DNA of 63,693 nucleotides, the filler included, from Craspedostauros australis (lineage: Eukaryota): NCBI GenBank assembly GCA_030167865.1. It is 7 parts of 7 records of this genome, joined end to end, with 100 filler letters (N's around TTAATTAATTAA, not from the genome) between each part and the next. Parts side by side here need not be neighbours in the genome. Positions count along the whole stretch, not along the records: positions 1 to 22,655 come from JALAGF010003840.1; 6 more parts are not named here. The stretch is one strand, 5' to 3'. The position numbers were made by a program, and so were the translations under genes. The notes under the pieces are model-generated. The model saw only the letters and a program-made list of their open reading frames with translations, searched no databases and had not been told where the DNA came from. This document shows, piece by piece, positions 1 to 11,677 of this stretch (the stretch's first letter is position 1; each line of letters starts with the position of its first letter).

Positions 1-2513
1 CAGCCGCAACGTCAACAAGATCTGGGGCCGGCAGAGCACCAAGACCCGCGATCAGGTCGCCGAAGACGGCCGCCTCTTCGCCAAACAAATCAGGGAGGAG
101 CTCAAAACCAAGGTCCCAAACAAGCCGAAAGGCCCTGAGTTCATGGGTCTCTACGAGAAGACTGCCCAAAAGGTGGACCTCCAGAACGCCCCCTCCAACA
201 AGGCCAAGAAGGCTCCAAGCCTCGCAAAGGTAGAGTGCGATCCAACTGTGGCACAGACCACCGACACAGGAATCCTGTCAGCGGCTTCCGGATGCCCCGC
301 CGACTTCACCTGCATCCCGTTGCTGACAGCTGATGCCAACAGCGGATTGTGCGTGCAGACTCCAGCTTCCATCTCGGCAAGCAAGGACGACAATGTGCAA
401 CGCCGTGCTGCCGCCCACCACGATCGCAATCTGCAGAACGGAGTAGATGCCGCGCTCGTCAGTCTCAATGGCTACTGTGGCTTCCCCAAATTTCCCAACA
501 TCGAGTGCACGGGATGCCCCCTCGATGTCAACGCCTTCAACTTCGCAACTGACAGCGTCAGCCTATACTGCGAAGGCGACGCCTTCATGGGTACTCTCAT
601 GGTCAATTTCTCCCCACCTGATATCGTGGACAGGCTTCTCAGCGTGGACCCGCCCTCTCAGGCGTACCAAATCTTCGACAGGCTCTGCGGCCCCTTCCCC
701 ATCATCGGAGATAACCCATTCCTGCCCAGCTCATGCGACTGTCCAGCTCCGGGTTTCGATCCCGACACCCAGTCTGCAACTGTCAACTGCGCCGCCGCGT
801 GCCGCAACTTTGGTGCGACTTTCTACGGCGATGGAACCGCACAGGTCAACGAAGAAGCGCCATTCTGCGACTACACCGCCATCAACACATGCAATTTCTT
901 CGCAGAGACGTGCAACTGCGACACCGGCGTCCTTGACGATCTGTCTGGCTCAGGTAAGAGCGTCGCATCATCAAGTTCCACGCCTTGTCGCTTGTGCTTC
1001 GACTGCACTTTCTACTGCAGTCCCATGCATCCTCGGCCTCACCCAATTTGCAACTTTCTTCATCCTTTCTTCCTGTTTCTAACGTCGACGACTGATGCTC
1101 GCTCATTGCGTTGCTGCTGCATGATCGACCGTTTCTATCCTGTGTGCAATGCGAGTAGGAAGCTTCAGTTGCATATTGGATGTCAATGATTGTCCTGCCA
1201 ACACCACCTTCTATATCGTCGACGGTTTCTTCAATCGCAGCGTCCGTTCCGTCGACTACGCGTGCCTATCGAATGCGCTTCGCAACTATGACTTCTTCTG
1301 CTACGACCAAGAAGACTGCGATTGCTCTGGCATCGACCGTGAGACATACACAGGATCCGGCAGTTGCCAGCGTTCCTGCGACTCAAGGGAGTTCACTCTG
1401 GTCAACAACACGGCCGTCGCCTACAGTATCACGCGTGAGTTCTACACAGCCTACGGAAACTTTGTCTACAAAATCACTCAGGATGGTTACACGTGCCCAA
1501 CCGTCAATGGAGAATCATGCACGTGCGAACCAATTGACGATTGCCCATACTTCACCGTGCTGCGCAACAAGTTCAGCTTCGTCTGCAGCAGCGGGCTCAC
1601 CGGAAATACATGTGATTACCTCTTCCTCGCAGGCAAGATCATGTGCGGCCCCGGCGTTGCCGAAGGGTGCTACGAAGACGATGGTTGCGACTGTTCGATG
1701 ATGACGCGCAACGCCACGGGCGGGCTCGTGCAACCGTTGGACGGCAGCATGGTGTGCACTTATCCCACCTGCGGCCAGACAACCACAGTCAACTTCTTTG
1801 GCGACCAGACATTCCAGGGAACCATCTGCCAGAGTAATGCTGGCATGGGCATCGATGAACTCTGTTACAGCATACCTGTCAAGGAGGACGGTTCCTGCCC
1901 AATCTCCGCGGATGGTGTCACCTGCTTCGACTGTGTGCCAACCCGATGTGAGTATGAATCCTTTTCGTTCTCTTTCAACTGCCCAGCCGGCGACGGAAGC
2001 ATGGTGCCCGCAAGACTCTGCGACGCAATCCCCGACTGTGAAGAAGGCGGAAATGAAGACACGCTCGAGCCAAGCACACTCGGCGCCGTTTTCACCGATC
2101 TCCCATCCCAAGTGCCGTCTTCTTTGCCGACCCACACAGTTTCCAATGCACCCACAGCTTCTACCACAGCGACCCCCACCAACATAATGACGACCATGGC
2201 AAATTCAACGTCCCCTACGGACATGCCGACAGTCATGGCAAACTCAACGTCCCCTACGGACATGCCGACAGTCATGGCAAACTCAACGTCCCCTACGGAC
2301 ATGCCGACAGTCATGGCAAACTCAACGTCCCCTTCAGATATGCCGACCAGCATGCCAATCGTCGCGGACAGTGCCATGCCAACCGAAAGCCCGGCAGACA
2401 ACCAATCTCGTGGGCTGGGAACATCCAGCCCGACATCCGCCGCAACGTCCATGGCCTTCGGACTCGGTGCAGCCTCCGTCGTTGCTGGAGGTGTCATCGT
2501 CAACTTCTTCTAG
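1..2513 (+). CDS. Secreted Cys-rich surface glycoprotein with S/T/P stalk and probable GPI signal; exons <1..953 and 1159..2513 (5' end lies in the overlapping contig at 23847, minus strand)
   Basis: Phase-1 intron 954..1158 (CAG|GTAAGA...TAG|GA) joins the 143 and 1149 ORFs in frame (SG|GSFSC). Many Cys, an RNLQ motif, 4x MANSTSPTDMPTV, and a hydrophobic C-terminus (SAATSMAFGLGAASVVAGGVIVNFF). Confidence 0.8.
2196..2348 (+). repeat. 39-bp coding tandem repeat, ~4 copies (MANSTSPTDMPTV, one N-S-T sequon per unit)
   Basis: ATGGCAAAYTCAACGTCCCCT starts at 2196, 2235, 2274 and 2313. Confidence 0.95.
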
Positions 2514-2958
2514 AGTAAGCTGCTGCCTACCTGCCAACTATTGTACGTATGATACATCTGATTCGATTGCGTTGGCAAACAGCATTCCCTGCACGAAGAC
2601 GGCAGACCGACAATGGTTGGTGCTGTCGAGCTGCCTGCCAACTGAAAGATCAAGAGGGGATGGACCCAAGTGAACCCAAAATGAACCCAAACAAGCCAGT
2701 GCTCCAAGTGGCGCAATGCCATCTGCCATCGCGCAGATAGTGCTGTTCTCTGTAACTATTCGTCAACTAAATCAACAGCGAGTTTCTAAAAGCATTGAGC
2801 GGTTCGTACGAGTAGGAACGAACACACACTTGCATCTGTTGCATCCATTGCATTTATCGCTGATGTATGGTATGGTGTTTCGGATAATTGCATTCCGTAA
2901 CGGCGCGCGGTAACGTACCATGGGCGCAGCATGGGCGCGACATGGGCACAGCACTCCA

Positions 2959-5502
2959 TCACGGCTCCAGTTCGGACGTGAAGCCGTCCGACTCACGCTG
3001 GTCCATGGCATGGTTCGCGAGCCAGTCCGCACGGCTATTCTGGGCGCGTCGGATGTGCCGAATCTCTGACTGGTGGAACTCCGAAAGGAGCTTCTTGCAG
3101 GCCTGGTAGTACTCCTTGAGCTTCGCCTCCTTGCAACGGTACTCCCCGTTGATCTGTCTCACAATCAGCTGAGAGTCGCCTTCGACGATGAGCCGCTGGA
3201 TTCCGAGCGACTGCGCGCATTTGAGACCGCACAGCAACCCAAGGTACTCTGCCACGTTATTCGTCGCGGGACCGTCATGGTACTTCCATCCGCACCAGAT
3301 CTCTTCGCTATTCTCGTTGTATATCACCATGCCGGCACCGGCGATGCCTGGGTTGCCTCGCGCGCCGCCGTCAAATTGCATCAGGTAGGTCTGATGGGGA
3401 TCGATGGCGGTGTTGGGTTTGGCCTCCTCGTCGGAATCTGCCCATTTCCCACCCTCCGACTGGGTGGGACGCTCCTCCGAGAGGGTGACGACGTCCACCG
3501 GATCCTTGAATCTCCATTCGTCGAATCCATCCAGCATCGTCTTGCGTTGCGCGAAGGCCTTGCGCGCCAAGCGGCCGGCGTAAGTGTTCTCAACCGGAGT
3601 GATCTTGTGAATGCCCAGAAATTCGCGCAGTACGCCGTCATCCTGCTTGGCCTCGACCTGGATGCTGATGAGCTTCAGCAATGTGCGCAGCGATTCTCGG
3701 TTGCTCTTGTATGCCCCCTCAATCTGACCAACCACGATCTCATTGTCGACCTCGACTCGCAGGGCCTGAATTCCCAGCACAGTCGTGGCGTAGTCTATTC
3801 CCAACGATATTGCAGAGTATTCTGCCTCGAACATGGTGCGGTCACCTGGAAGGTACAGTTGGCCCGACCACAACGGTTGCTGCTCTTCGTCTTTCAACGA
3901 AACGACCATGCCGACACCGAAGCCGCCCAGCGCTCTTGTGGTGTAGCCGCACAGACGCATCGTGTACGTCGCCTCCCTGTCAACCTCGAGTGGTTCATCT
4001 GGCGCCAAGATGATCTGCTGGGTGCCTGCGCCAGAAGCGGTGCTGGTGCTCCTGACAGACATGGTGTGTGGATCGTACACCGGGAAGCCCAGGTCATCAT
4101 CGGTATCGTTCATGTCATCGTCGATAACCTCAATGTCGATACCGACACCAACGTCAGCGTCAGCGCCAAGGTCAAGATCAGCATGGAGATCTTGTGACGG
4201 TTGCTGGCGATCATCTCCCCCATCCTCTTCAAGCTTGCCCGTCAATGATGACGATGAAGACGATAACGACGACAACGCATCCACACTAATGTCTCTCTTC
4301 TTGTCGTTGCTTGAGTTGAACTCGTTTTCGTCTTTGGTGACAGCAAGAAGCCTGGCGACGAGAGCAGGTCGCTTGCCGGTGATGTTGAGGCTTCGAAGAG
4401 AAAGTTGCGTTCGCAAGTCATGCCCTCGCATGCGCCGAACGATGGTCGCAGTAAGTTTCATCTTTTGAGGGAATGCAGTTGGGTGATGCTGCGGCGGATT
4501 CCCCCCAGCTGACATCGGCGATGATGATTCCGCTGCCGTGGAAGCAGAAGTTAGCTGGCTGGATCGCAGCATAGAACGCGCGGTCGATCCGGAGGATGCT
4601 CTTATCATCGAAGGATTTCCGGGGTGTCCTCTGGATGACTTTCGACGCGACGGTGCGGTCACAGCCGCCGAAGATCCTACATGCTGGTTCGTGAGTTGAG
4701 CGAACGCGCCTGATCTTGACCGTTTTGAGTCAACGATGGCCGCGATTCTTTCGTTGAGGAGAGGCAGGGCATCAGATGCGTATCTCTGAAAGGTCACTGT
4801 TGTTGATGTTGATGTTGTTCCTGTGGTGACGGTGGCGGGTGGTCGTTGGGACAGGAGCAAGCGAGGACAGATCACCAAGGAGTGCCTTCCGTTTGAGCGA
4901 ATGGTGTTGTCAAGGAACGCCAAGGTCGAGGACGATCGGTCATACTGGAGTACTGTCAGCGGCCGATGGCCACATTGAGACCCTGCGGTAGACAGATGGC
5001 TGGATGTAGCTATCGCCCGTGCCTTCATCCATGCAGAACCTTTCTGTGACGCATGGGCAGCATGCGATGACGAGGCTGAGAACGGGATCTTCATGGTGAC
5101 TAGCAGCAGTTGCAGTATCAGCTGCACGTTCAATATCCTGGGAATGCACTGGTGACTCCGTCTCTCTCTACTTGTTGTTCCGCCTCTTCCGGTGTGCTCG
5201 TAATTGTGGGAATGCTTCGTTGTCTCTTGTCCAGTCGACTTGTAGGAGGTGCTTCTTGTGAAATGGGTGCCTGCGCCAGAAGCAGCAGCAGTAACGGCTG
5301 TGCCAACGTTATTAATCGCACTGCCACACGAGGAGAGAGTACAGTCGGCACGGATGTTGCTTCGACCGTATCCTTCGTTGCAGCAATCCGAGTTGCTGGA
5401 TTGATGCATGCAGCGACGCCCACGAGTAGACGTGCGGGCACAAGCAGAAGTACGTCCACAACACGCACCACCTATGATCGCTGACCGAGGTTGGACCATC
5501 AA
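2959..5502 (-). CDS. Ribonuclease H protein: SAP domain + degenerate RNase H + intact archaeal/RVT_3-type RNase HI domain (true start uncertain, probably downstream of 5502)
   Basis: C-terminal domain has FDGGARGNPG, TNNVAEY, EGDSQLIVRQING and NSRADWLAN. SAP-like segment MRGHDLRTQLSLRSLNITGKRPALVARL at ~4340-4450. A second RNase H-like copy lies at ~3555-3966. Confidence 0.85.
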   Translation of the reverse strand: MMVQPRSAIIGGACCGRTSACARTSTRGRRCMHQSSNSDCCNEGYGRSNIRADCTLSSCGSAINNVGTAVTAAASGAGTHFTRSTSYKSTGQETTKHSHNYEHTGRGGTTSRERRSHQCIPRILNVQLILQLLLVTMKIPFSASSSHAAHASQKGSAWMKARAIATSSHLSTAGSQCGHRPLTVLQYDRSSSTLAFLDNTIRSNGRHSLVICPRLLLSQRPPATVTTGTTSTSTTVTFQRYASDALPLLNERIAAIVDSKRSRSGAFAQLTNQHVGSSAAVTAPSRRKSSRGHPGNPSMIRASSGSTARSMLRSSQLTSASTAAESSSPMSAGGNPPQHHPTAFPQKMKLTATIVRRMRGHDLRTQLSLRSLNITGKRPALVARLLAVTKDENEFNSSNDKKRDISVDALSSLSSSSSSLTGKLEEDGGDDRQQPSQDLHADLDLGADADVGVGIDIEVIDDDMNDTDDDLGFPVYDPHTMSVRSTSTASGAGTQQIILAPDEPLEVDREATYTMRLCGYTTRALGGFGVGMVVSLKDEEQQPLWSGQLYLPGDRTMFEAEYSAISLGIDYATTVLGIQALRVEVDNEIVVGQIEGAYKSNRESLRTLLKLISIQVEAKQDDGVLREFLGIHKITPVENTYAGRLARKAFAQRKTMLDGFDEWRFKDPVDVVTLSEERPTQSEGGKWADSDEEAKPNTAIDPHQTYLMQFDGGARGNPGIAGAGMVIYNENSEEIWCGWKYHDGPATNNVAEYLGLLCGLKCAQSLGIQRLIVEGDSQLIVRQINGEYRCKEAKLKEYYQACKKLLSEFHQSEIRHIRRAQNSRADWLANHAMDQRESDGFTSELEP

Positions 5503-5748
5503 CGCAACCTACCACGGCACACACGTACAAGGCCCACGAAGATGCGGTTCGCCTCGTCGTGGCTGCTGGTACGAGACGCCAGGTTTCTCGGCTGATCGAG
5601 TCAGGCCCGTTCCAATCCAATTGGGTGTGATCAGAAATGGTCAGATTCGCCTGCCTTGATTCGTCTACGAGGCGCCACCTTGCGCCGATGTGTGCCAACG
5701 TACTCGTACCCTGTACCAACGGTCACTCGTATGGCGCGGGTACGGGTC

Positions 5749-5820
5749 TGAGTACGGGTATGAGTACGGGTATGAGTACGGGTATGAGTACGGGTATGAG
5801 TACGGGTATGAGTACGGGTA
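5749..5820. repeat. 12-bp perfect tandem repeat (TGAGTACGGGTA)x6
   Basis: Units start at 5749, 5761, 5773, 5785, 5797 and 5809. Confidence 0.95.
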
Positions 5821-7464
5821 CAGGTGTGGATCTGCTCTCACGCTTGTGATCTGAACTTCTGGGAGCTCAGTGCTGCAAAAGTAGTGCCGCTTTGCTCCGC
5901 AATGATCAATGCAGTTCCCAGTGATCTTCACAGTGATCTTCGCACCTCTTCAAGTATGGTGCCTTGGTGTCGAGTGCGGGATTCTCGTGCCGATGCTCCA
6001 CATGTGGGACGGCCCACGCTCCGTCGCTCTTGGTACCATCGTCGCCGATCTTCGAGGCTGCCCGTTGTTGTTGTGTTGTTGTCTCTTTTCCACGTTTTCT
6101 GTGTGCCTTTTTGATGGGTCGAATTCTTGTGTTTGTGCTCTGAATCGATCCAGTCGATCACACAGCAAGTCGGGTTTCAACGTTTTACACGAGACTCAAC
6201 TTATCCCTGATGTCGGATCATGCCTCTTCAAGGTACTTCATCAGCTTCATCAACCGATCAGAACAACGTCATGCCTTCGCCACGCTGTGCCGGCGTCCTC
6301 TCTCTCGAATTCTCACCACACGTGAGTCACATTTAATGGATGAATCTTGCAACCGTAATTTTGCGTCACAGGTGTCACCCGAACAGCTTCACAAAATTAC
6401 GCTGCCAAGCGCGATTTTGAGAATACTCGACTGAGAAGCGTGGGCATGGAACAGAACAAGCCTATGTGCGCAGAAGAGCCATGGATGAAGGAGACGGGGA
6501 CTGCCGCGCAACCGAAATGTGGCTTCGATGAAGCGGTCTTGGGTCGATTGGCTCTGTGTCGTTCGTTGTCGTTGTCACTTGCGGTGGTTGGTGAAAGGAG
6601 TTGCAACGATTGGTCGGAAGGGGTGATTGGCGACGAAGGAAGATTCTGTCGTTGTCCCTTTTGCTTCTGCACGCATGCGCAAGAGTGCCACTCGCGTTCC
6701 TCACTCACTCTCTTGCGAACAAGCGCAAGCGCTCCAGCGAGGTGAAGTAACTGACTTCTCGTACAAGGGCGACGTATCAATGCAGTCCTCGTCAACACAG
6801 CCACTGCCGTGCGGGATCACGCAGTTGGCTCCAGTCCGCAAGCTGATTTTATCACGCCTTTCTCTTTGTTTCGGCCCTGGGTGTGAAGTGAACGGCACGA
6901 GTAGGTAGTAGTGGAGGATGGATACGATGCGATAGTGTCATTCCCGTTCGGTTGACGAAAGATGGAAAGGCTCACCAAAGCTCAACTCCCGCCAACCCAG
7001 AATCAACGAGCCCTCAGGGGCCTATGTTGAAGCGGGGCTGAGCACATTGCAGTACCAGCTACGGGTCTCAGCTCCAATTGTATCCTTGCGCGCGTCGACA
7101 CTCAGCAGAAGACCGATGCGCGCCTTGTTTTCACGTTTTCCCATCGGCAGATGTGCCATCAATACGCGAGCGTGGTACCTCCCTGCTTCTCGGTCTCCCA
7201 TTCTCATTTTCTCGTTTCGTTCTTTGTTCATACTGTTGGCTCAGCCGGTCTGCTCTCTCCTGCCAGTTTCAGTTCCATTTCTCGTTTCATATCCCCCAAT
7301 CATCGTCGCATCTTCAGCCTATCGGCACCGTTCTCGTACTACACCCGCACCCGCACCTTCACCACCGTCATTGCCATAAATAGCAGCAGCGACAGCCACA
7401 AGGACCATTTCCGTCATCTTCATCATCATCTTCACATCATCAACAGCACAGCAACTTGCTCACG

Positions 7465-7950
7465 ATGGAATACTTGCAATCGCACTACCACGGACGCGAT
7501 CATGACCGCGAAGAACTGGACTGCCACTCGTCGCACCATCGCTGCGCTCACCGAGATTACAATGCATTCCACACCATGCATGATGCTGGCAAGCCCCAAT
7601 CATTTGACTCCTTCGAAAGTCCCAAACGCAGCCAGTCCTTTGAGGATCACAGCGTGATGTTCTGCCCGCCACCACCGGCCAGAATCTGCAAGCTGTCATC
7701 CCCCAGATTCATCAAGAGAGATCCAGATGAAGGACTGGCGTTGCCAACCCTGCCATCGATGCCGTCGTCGATGCAGAAGTCAGTGAAGTGGTCCCTGTCA
7801 CCATTGCCACCATCTTCGCCTGTGGGATGGCTGCCATCCACGGGCGTGTCACCCACGAGGCACATCCAAGACAATCGCCATGGCGCGCCATCAATCAGGT
7901 TGGGTGCGAAGAGATCTGTGCCGCAGGCACCATCGTTGGGCTTGTTATAG
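7465..7950 (+). CDS. Hypothetical His/Ser/Pro-rich disordered protein (~161 aa)
   Basis: ATG at 7465 follows a CA-rich leader typical of the 5' UTRs here. No recognisable domain. Confidence 0.45.
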   Translation: MEYLQSHYHGRDHDREELDCHSSHHRCAHRDYNAFHTMHDAGKPQSFDSFESPKRSQSFEDHSVMFCPPPPARICKLSSPRFIKRDPDEGLALPTLPSMPSSMQKSVKWSLSPLPPSSPVGWLPSTGVSPTRHIQDNRHGAPSIRLGAKRSVPQAPSLGLL

Positions 7951-8964
7951 AGCAGAACAAAACAGAGCAGGCTCGACTGCCGTCTCAACGATCAATCGAG
8001 CACATACCCCTGACACAACAAAACGACCCAGCCCTCGCGACACCTCCGCAAGGCAAATTGGAAGGTCGCACAATACAAGTACACATCATATAATTCTACA
8101 TAGCACTGCATAACACCGCATGTTTTGGCTATATTGCTTCATCCATTAGCAGAGCATGGTCCATGATGGGCATATCGAATCCATCGACAGGTGGAGACGC
8201 ACGTACTCTGGAACTTTCTGCAGGATCTGCCGCACATACGTTCACAACGCTGCTCGACACAGCATGGGCGAACGTGCAACGAATCCATTCTCCAATTGTC
8301 GGGTGCTTTCATTTACCTCTTCGCTCGACGTTATCTGGTACCATTGCTGGTTGGTATCCGTACACACATTGCGGGGAGGCGCCGCCGTCTCCGACATGGG
8401 CTCTGATGTTCGCAGATGGGATAATCGGAGTTGGTTCCACGGGTTCGCACATGGAAAGCGATCCTTGGTGCGCTGTTGGAGGAAGGAGCCGATCCAATTC
8501 GCATGGAACCGAGCGTGCTCATCGTCACGCCACAGCGAATGGGGTCGCAGCGACGGCAGCATCCGCTCACATGAGGTCTGCAGGCTCCAGCGCGGAATTG
8601 ACAGCCGATGAGAAAAAAGCAGATCCAAAGTGAATGACCCCGCGCCAAAAGTCTACAGAATATTTGCTCCTTCCGCAATTCCTCGGCCAACTCCGCCACG
8701 GAAAGCATGGGTCCTTTGTCCGCGTCATTGGATACATGGATCACACGGAGCATCAACCAGATGGACACAAGGTCTCTCGCTTTCTCATTGGGTCGCACAC
8801 CTTCTTTCGGGCGCTGCGGTGACACCCGTTCTGCTTTGTACCAATGTGCAGAGATGGATTGAGTTTCGAGAGGGCTAGTTGTAGTCGCCAATCTCGACAC
8901 TATTCAGAGAGTGGCTGTGTGTTTCCTGAGCATGTACTATCATCCCTTCGCGGCAATGTCATCG

Positions 8965-10473
8965 TCATCTAAGGGTGCTGCCTGCGCCCAGTTGTTGCCT
9001 GCGTTGCGTGATCTTGGCATTCAATTGATCGTGTGTGTTGAACAAACCGTACACAGGTGCCTGCGCCAGATGGCGGTGTTGGACCGTGAAATTGAGGTCG
9101 AGACTTGCGTCTCTGAGAGATTGCCACCAGAATACGTCGACGTGCACTGCTTGTGCAGCCTTCCCTGGTCGGATCGCGGTCTTGCCGGGTTCCAGCCAAG
9201 GCTTGGATTTCCCCGTGAAATGGTGAAAGGATGTGTAAGGACGCGCATCGAATGGAACGTGCCGTTTGCGCACGTGGGTTGCTTGATCGCCTGCACAAGC
9301 GCACTTGTCAAGAACATGAGAATCTCGATGATCCAACACAGCGGCCCCGTCGCGATCGACCCAGTGCTCTACTGTATCGCCAATGACGATGGAAACATCG
9401 CGGCGGTGATACTTGGTCCAGTAGTACAGCAGTCCCTGATCTCCGTAATCGCAGTGCCAATCCCACCGTTTGTTCTTGCCCGCCTCCCGAGTTTCGGCGC
9501 CACGCAGCGACGTCCACACATCATCACCACCCTCGAAGACGTGCCCCCACCCTTTCGTACGGTCAAACTTGAGATCATCCGCGATGAGAGTCGCTTCTTT
9601 CTCTTGCCGTGCGATGATTTCCTGGATCTCGTCATAAAATCCTGGCCCTGGTCGCAGCATGAAGAATCCAGCGGTGGCCGGTTCGATGATCCACGCAAGG
9701 ATCACATTCTCGCGAAGGACCGGCCGGGTCAGTCCCCGATCAGCCAGATCCTGCGGATCGGGTTCTGACAAGTCGAAGAGGTCGTCCATGGAGCAGAATG
9801 GCACAACGTCGGCGTCCATGTACATGACCCGGCTGTACTCCGTGAGCTTCAAGACCTCGAATTTCCGAAGGGTCGTCTCATGGAATGACATCTTCACGGT
9901 GGACCGTTCCATGTACTTGATGATGACGCCTGCCGCCGTTAAGATCCTCTCCTCTTGGGGCAGCAGCCTCTCGTTGGGCGCGGCATGGAACATCTCAACC
10001 ATGACGACGACATCCGCCTTCGATCCCGCGTTGCGCAACACACGTGCCGCGACAACGACATTGTAGAGCATGCCCAGGTGGTTGCCTGGGTTCGAAGAGT
10101 CGCATCCTGCAACTAGGTAGACGTAGGCCCACTTGCGTCGAGGCTGAGACAGTTGAGACGACTGGGATAGCATGCTGATCATCGCATCACTGTTCGCGCC
10201 ACCCATACTCGCACGACTGACGCTGGTGCGAGCGCCGCCAGCGTCTCTTCGTTTGATGGCGACACTTCCGTTGCCAGTTCTTGCCTCATCGGTGTTGATA
10301 GGGGCGATGGCAGCGCTGTCCCCTGCTGCCAAGGACGCGCCGATCGTGAGAATGGACATCTCCGAAGCGATCTTCCACTGGATGATCATGTTTGCGAGGA
10401 CGAAGATGGCAAACACAGTGAACACCCACAGGCAGCTGTGCCGGGGCGCTCTTCTGCGATGATTCCTGGCCAT
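8965..10473 (-). CDS. GT8-family (glycogenin-like) glycosyltransferase, type II membrane protein
   Basis: N-terminal TM (CLWVFTVFAIFVLANMIIQW). Motifs AYVYL, KFEVLKLTEYSRVMYMDAD (DxD), GFFMLRP, GDQGLL and HFTGKSKPW. Confidence 0.85.
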   Translation of the reverse strand: MARNHRRRAPRHSCLWVFTVFAIFVLANMIIQWKIASEMSILTIGASLAAGDSAAIAPINTDEARTGNGSVAIKRRDAGGARTSVSRASMGGANSDAMISMLSQSSQLSQPRRKWAYVYLVAGCDSSNPGNHLGMLYNVVVAARVLRNAGSKADVVVMVEMFHAAPNERLLPQEERILTAAGVIIKYMERSTVKMSFHETTLRKFEVLKLTEYSRVMYMDADVVPFCSMDDLFDLSEPDPQDLADRGLTRPVLRENVILAWIIEPATAGFFMLRPGPGFYDEIQEIIARQEKEATLIADDLKFDRTKGWGHVFEGGDDVWTSLRGAETREAGKNKRWDWHCDYGDQGLLYYWTKYHRRDVSIVIGDTVEHWVDRDGAAVLDHRDSHVLDKCACAGDQATHVRKRHVPFDARPYTSFHHFTGKSKPWLEPGKTAIRPGKAAQAVHVDVFWWQSLRDASLDLNFTVQHRHLAQAPVYGLFNTHDQLNAKITQRRQQLGAGSTLR

Positions 10474-11677
10474 TGTTGCCAAGCGTTACGTTGCGTTCTG
10501 TTGAGTCGCCTTGCCTTGGCTTGCATTGGCTTCCCTTGCGTATCCACTGGGCACCGCTCAAGTGCGGCGACTGCCAATCTTTCTTGCTGTTCTGCACGCT
10601 GGAGACGTGCGGTTGTACGATGCGTGATGCCTGATGAACGGAGATACGTAGTCTTGAGCAAAATGCTTGAGCAGTGCTCCACCCTATGCTGTCCCAATAC
10701 CAATACAGTTCTCAAGCTCGTAGTAGTAGTAGTAGCAGCAGCAGCAGCGTAGCACAGCTCCATCCAAAGCATACTGGTTCTTTCGCTCTCTCCATCACCA
10801 AGAACGCAATTGATTCGGATGCTGCGGCACGGGGATGCTCCTCTCTGGGCACGGTCCTCCTGTCTGCGCGTGGACAGGGTAGAAAGCGAGGGACTCTACT
10901 TTACTCTACTCTACTCCACTCTACTCAACGTATTGAGGCCCAATTGCATGGAGTAACTGCATTGTTGACTCCTGCCGATTGTGTTCGTGGCAATGTGATC
11001 TCAGACGAGAGGCTGCTGCGTCCCGGTCGCTGCTCGCTGGAGCACCCACATCACCTCTCGCCAGCGCCAAGGATCGTGTCATGCGGCGTGTTCGTGGGTG
11101 ATGCTTCTTGCCACCAATGCTGTTTTTGTTCGCCTTGCGCAAACAGAAGTGATTCATGGTGACAGAGCCATTCACGAATGATGGACTGCCCAATCGAAGA
11201 TAGCGAGTGGACTCGCTGGACCACTCAGTCATGCATGCATTTTCCATCAATCCCGCAAGATGTTCGCGCGTTCTCACGGTTCGGATCTTGTCGAGAAGGT
11301 TCGCGCTGGTGTCATGGAGGGACTGATTGAGGGAGCGAGCCGGGCGCGGTGAAGTCTTGGCACTCCGCAACTCAATCCCACACCATGTTCGCACAAGCGA
11401 GATGAGAGAGGACCCAAGATCCAAGCAGAAGGCGCCTCTGTCGTGGCTGCAGAGAGACACATGGGAGGAGGGTCTGGTGTCCGGAGGCACGTAGGAGCTA
11501 TGACATGACATGACGGTACAGCAGGGAAGGAATGAGATGTGGAGTAGCTCAAATTGAGTTCTTCTAAATGGTGTAGTTGTGCATGAAAAATTCTATGGTG
11601 CGCGCTGGAGGGTCCAGGCGCAGTGCGCCAGGTTCCTTCTAAAAGTATGCCTGTGCGCGAGCTGATGCTACTGTTGC

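Noticed and set aside
2959..4000. RNase H as part of a retrotransposon pol
   Set aside because: No RT, integrase, gag or LTR nearby; the SAP fusion and intact ORF suggest a host gene.
5749..5820. 12-bp G-containing repeat as a telomere
   Set aside because: Interstitial, only six copies, and unlike TTAGGG-type repeats.
10719..10925. Microsatellites (GTA/GCA, CTACT; also CCATA ~28651 and CT ~45946)
   Set aside because: Ordinary simple repeats in UTR, intron or intergenic DNA.
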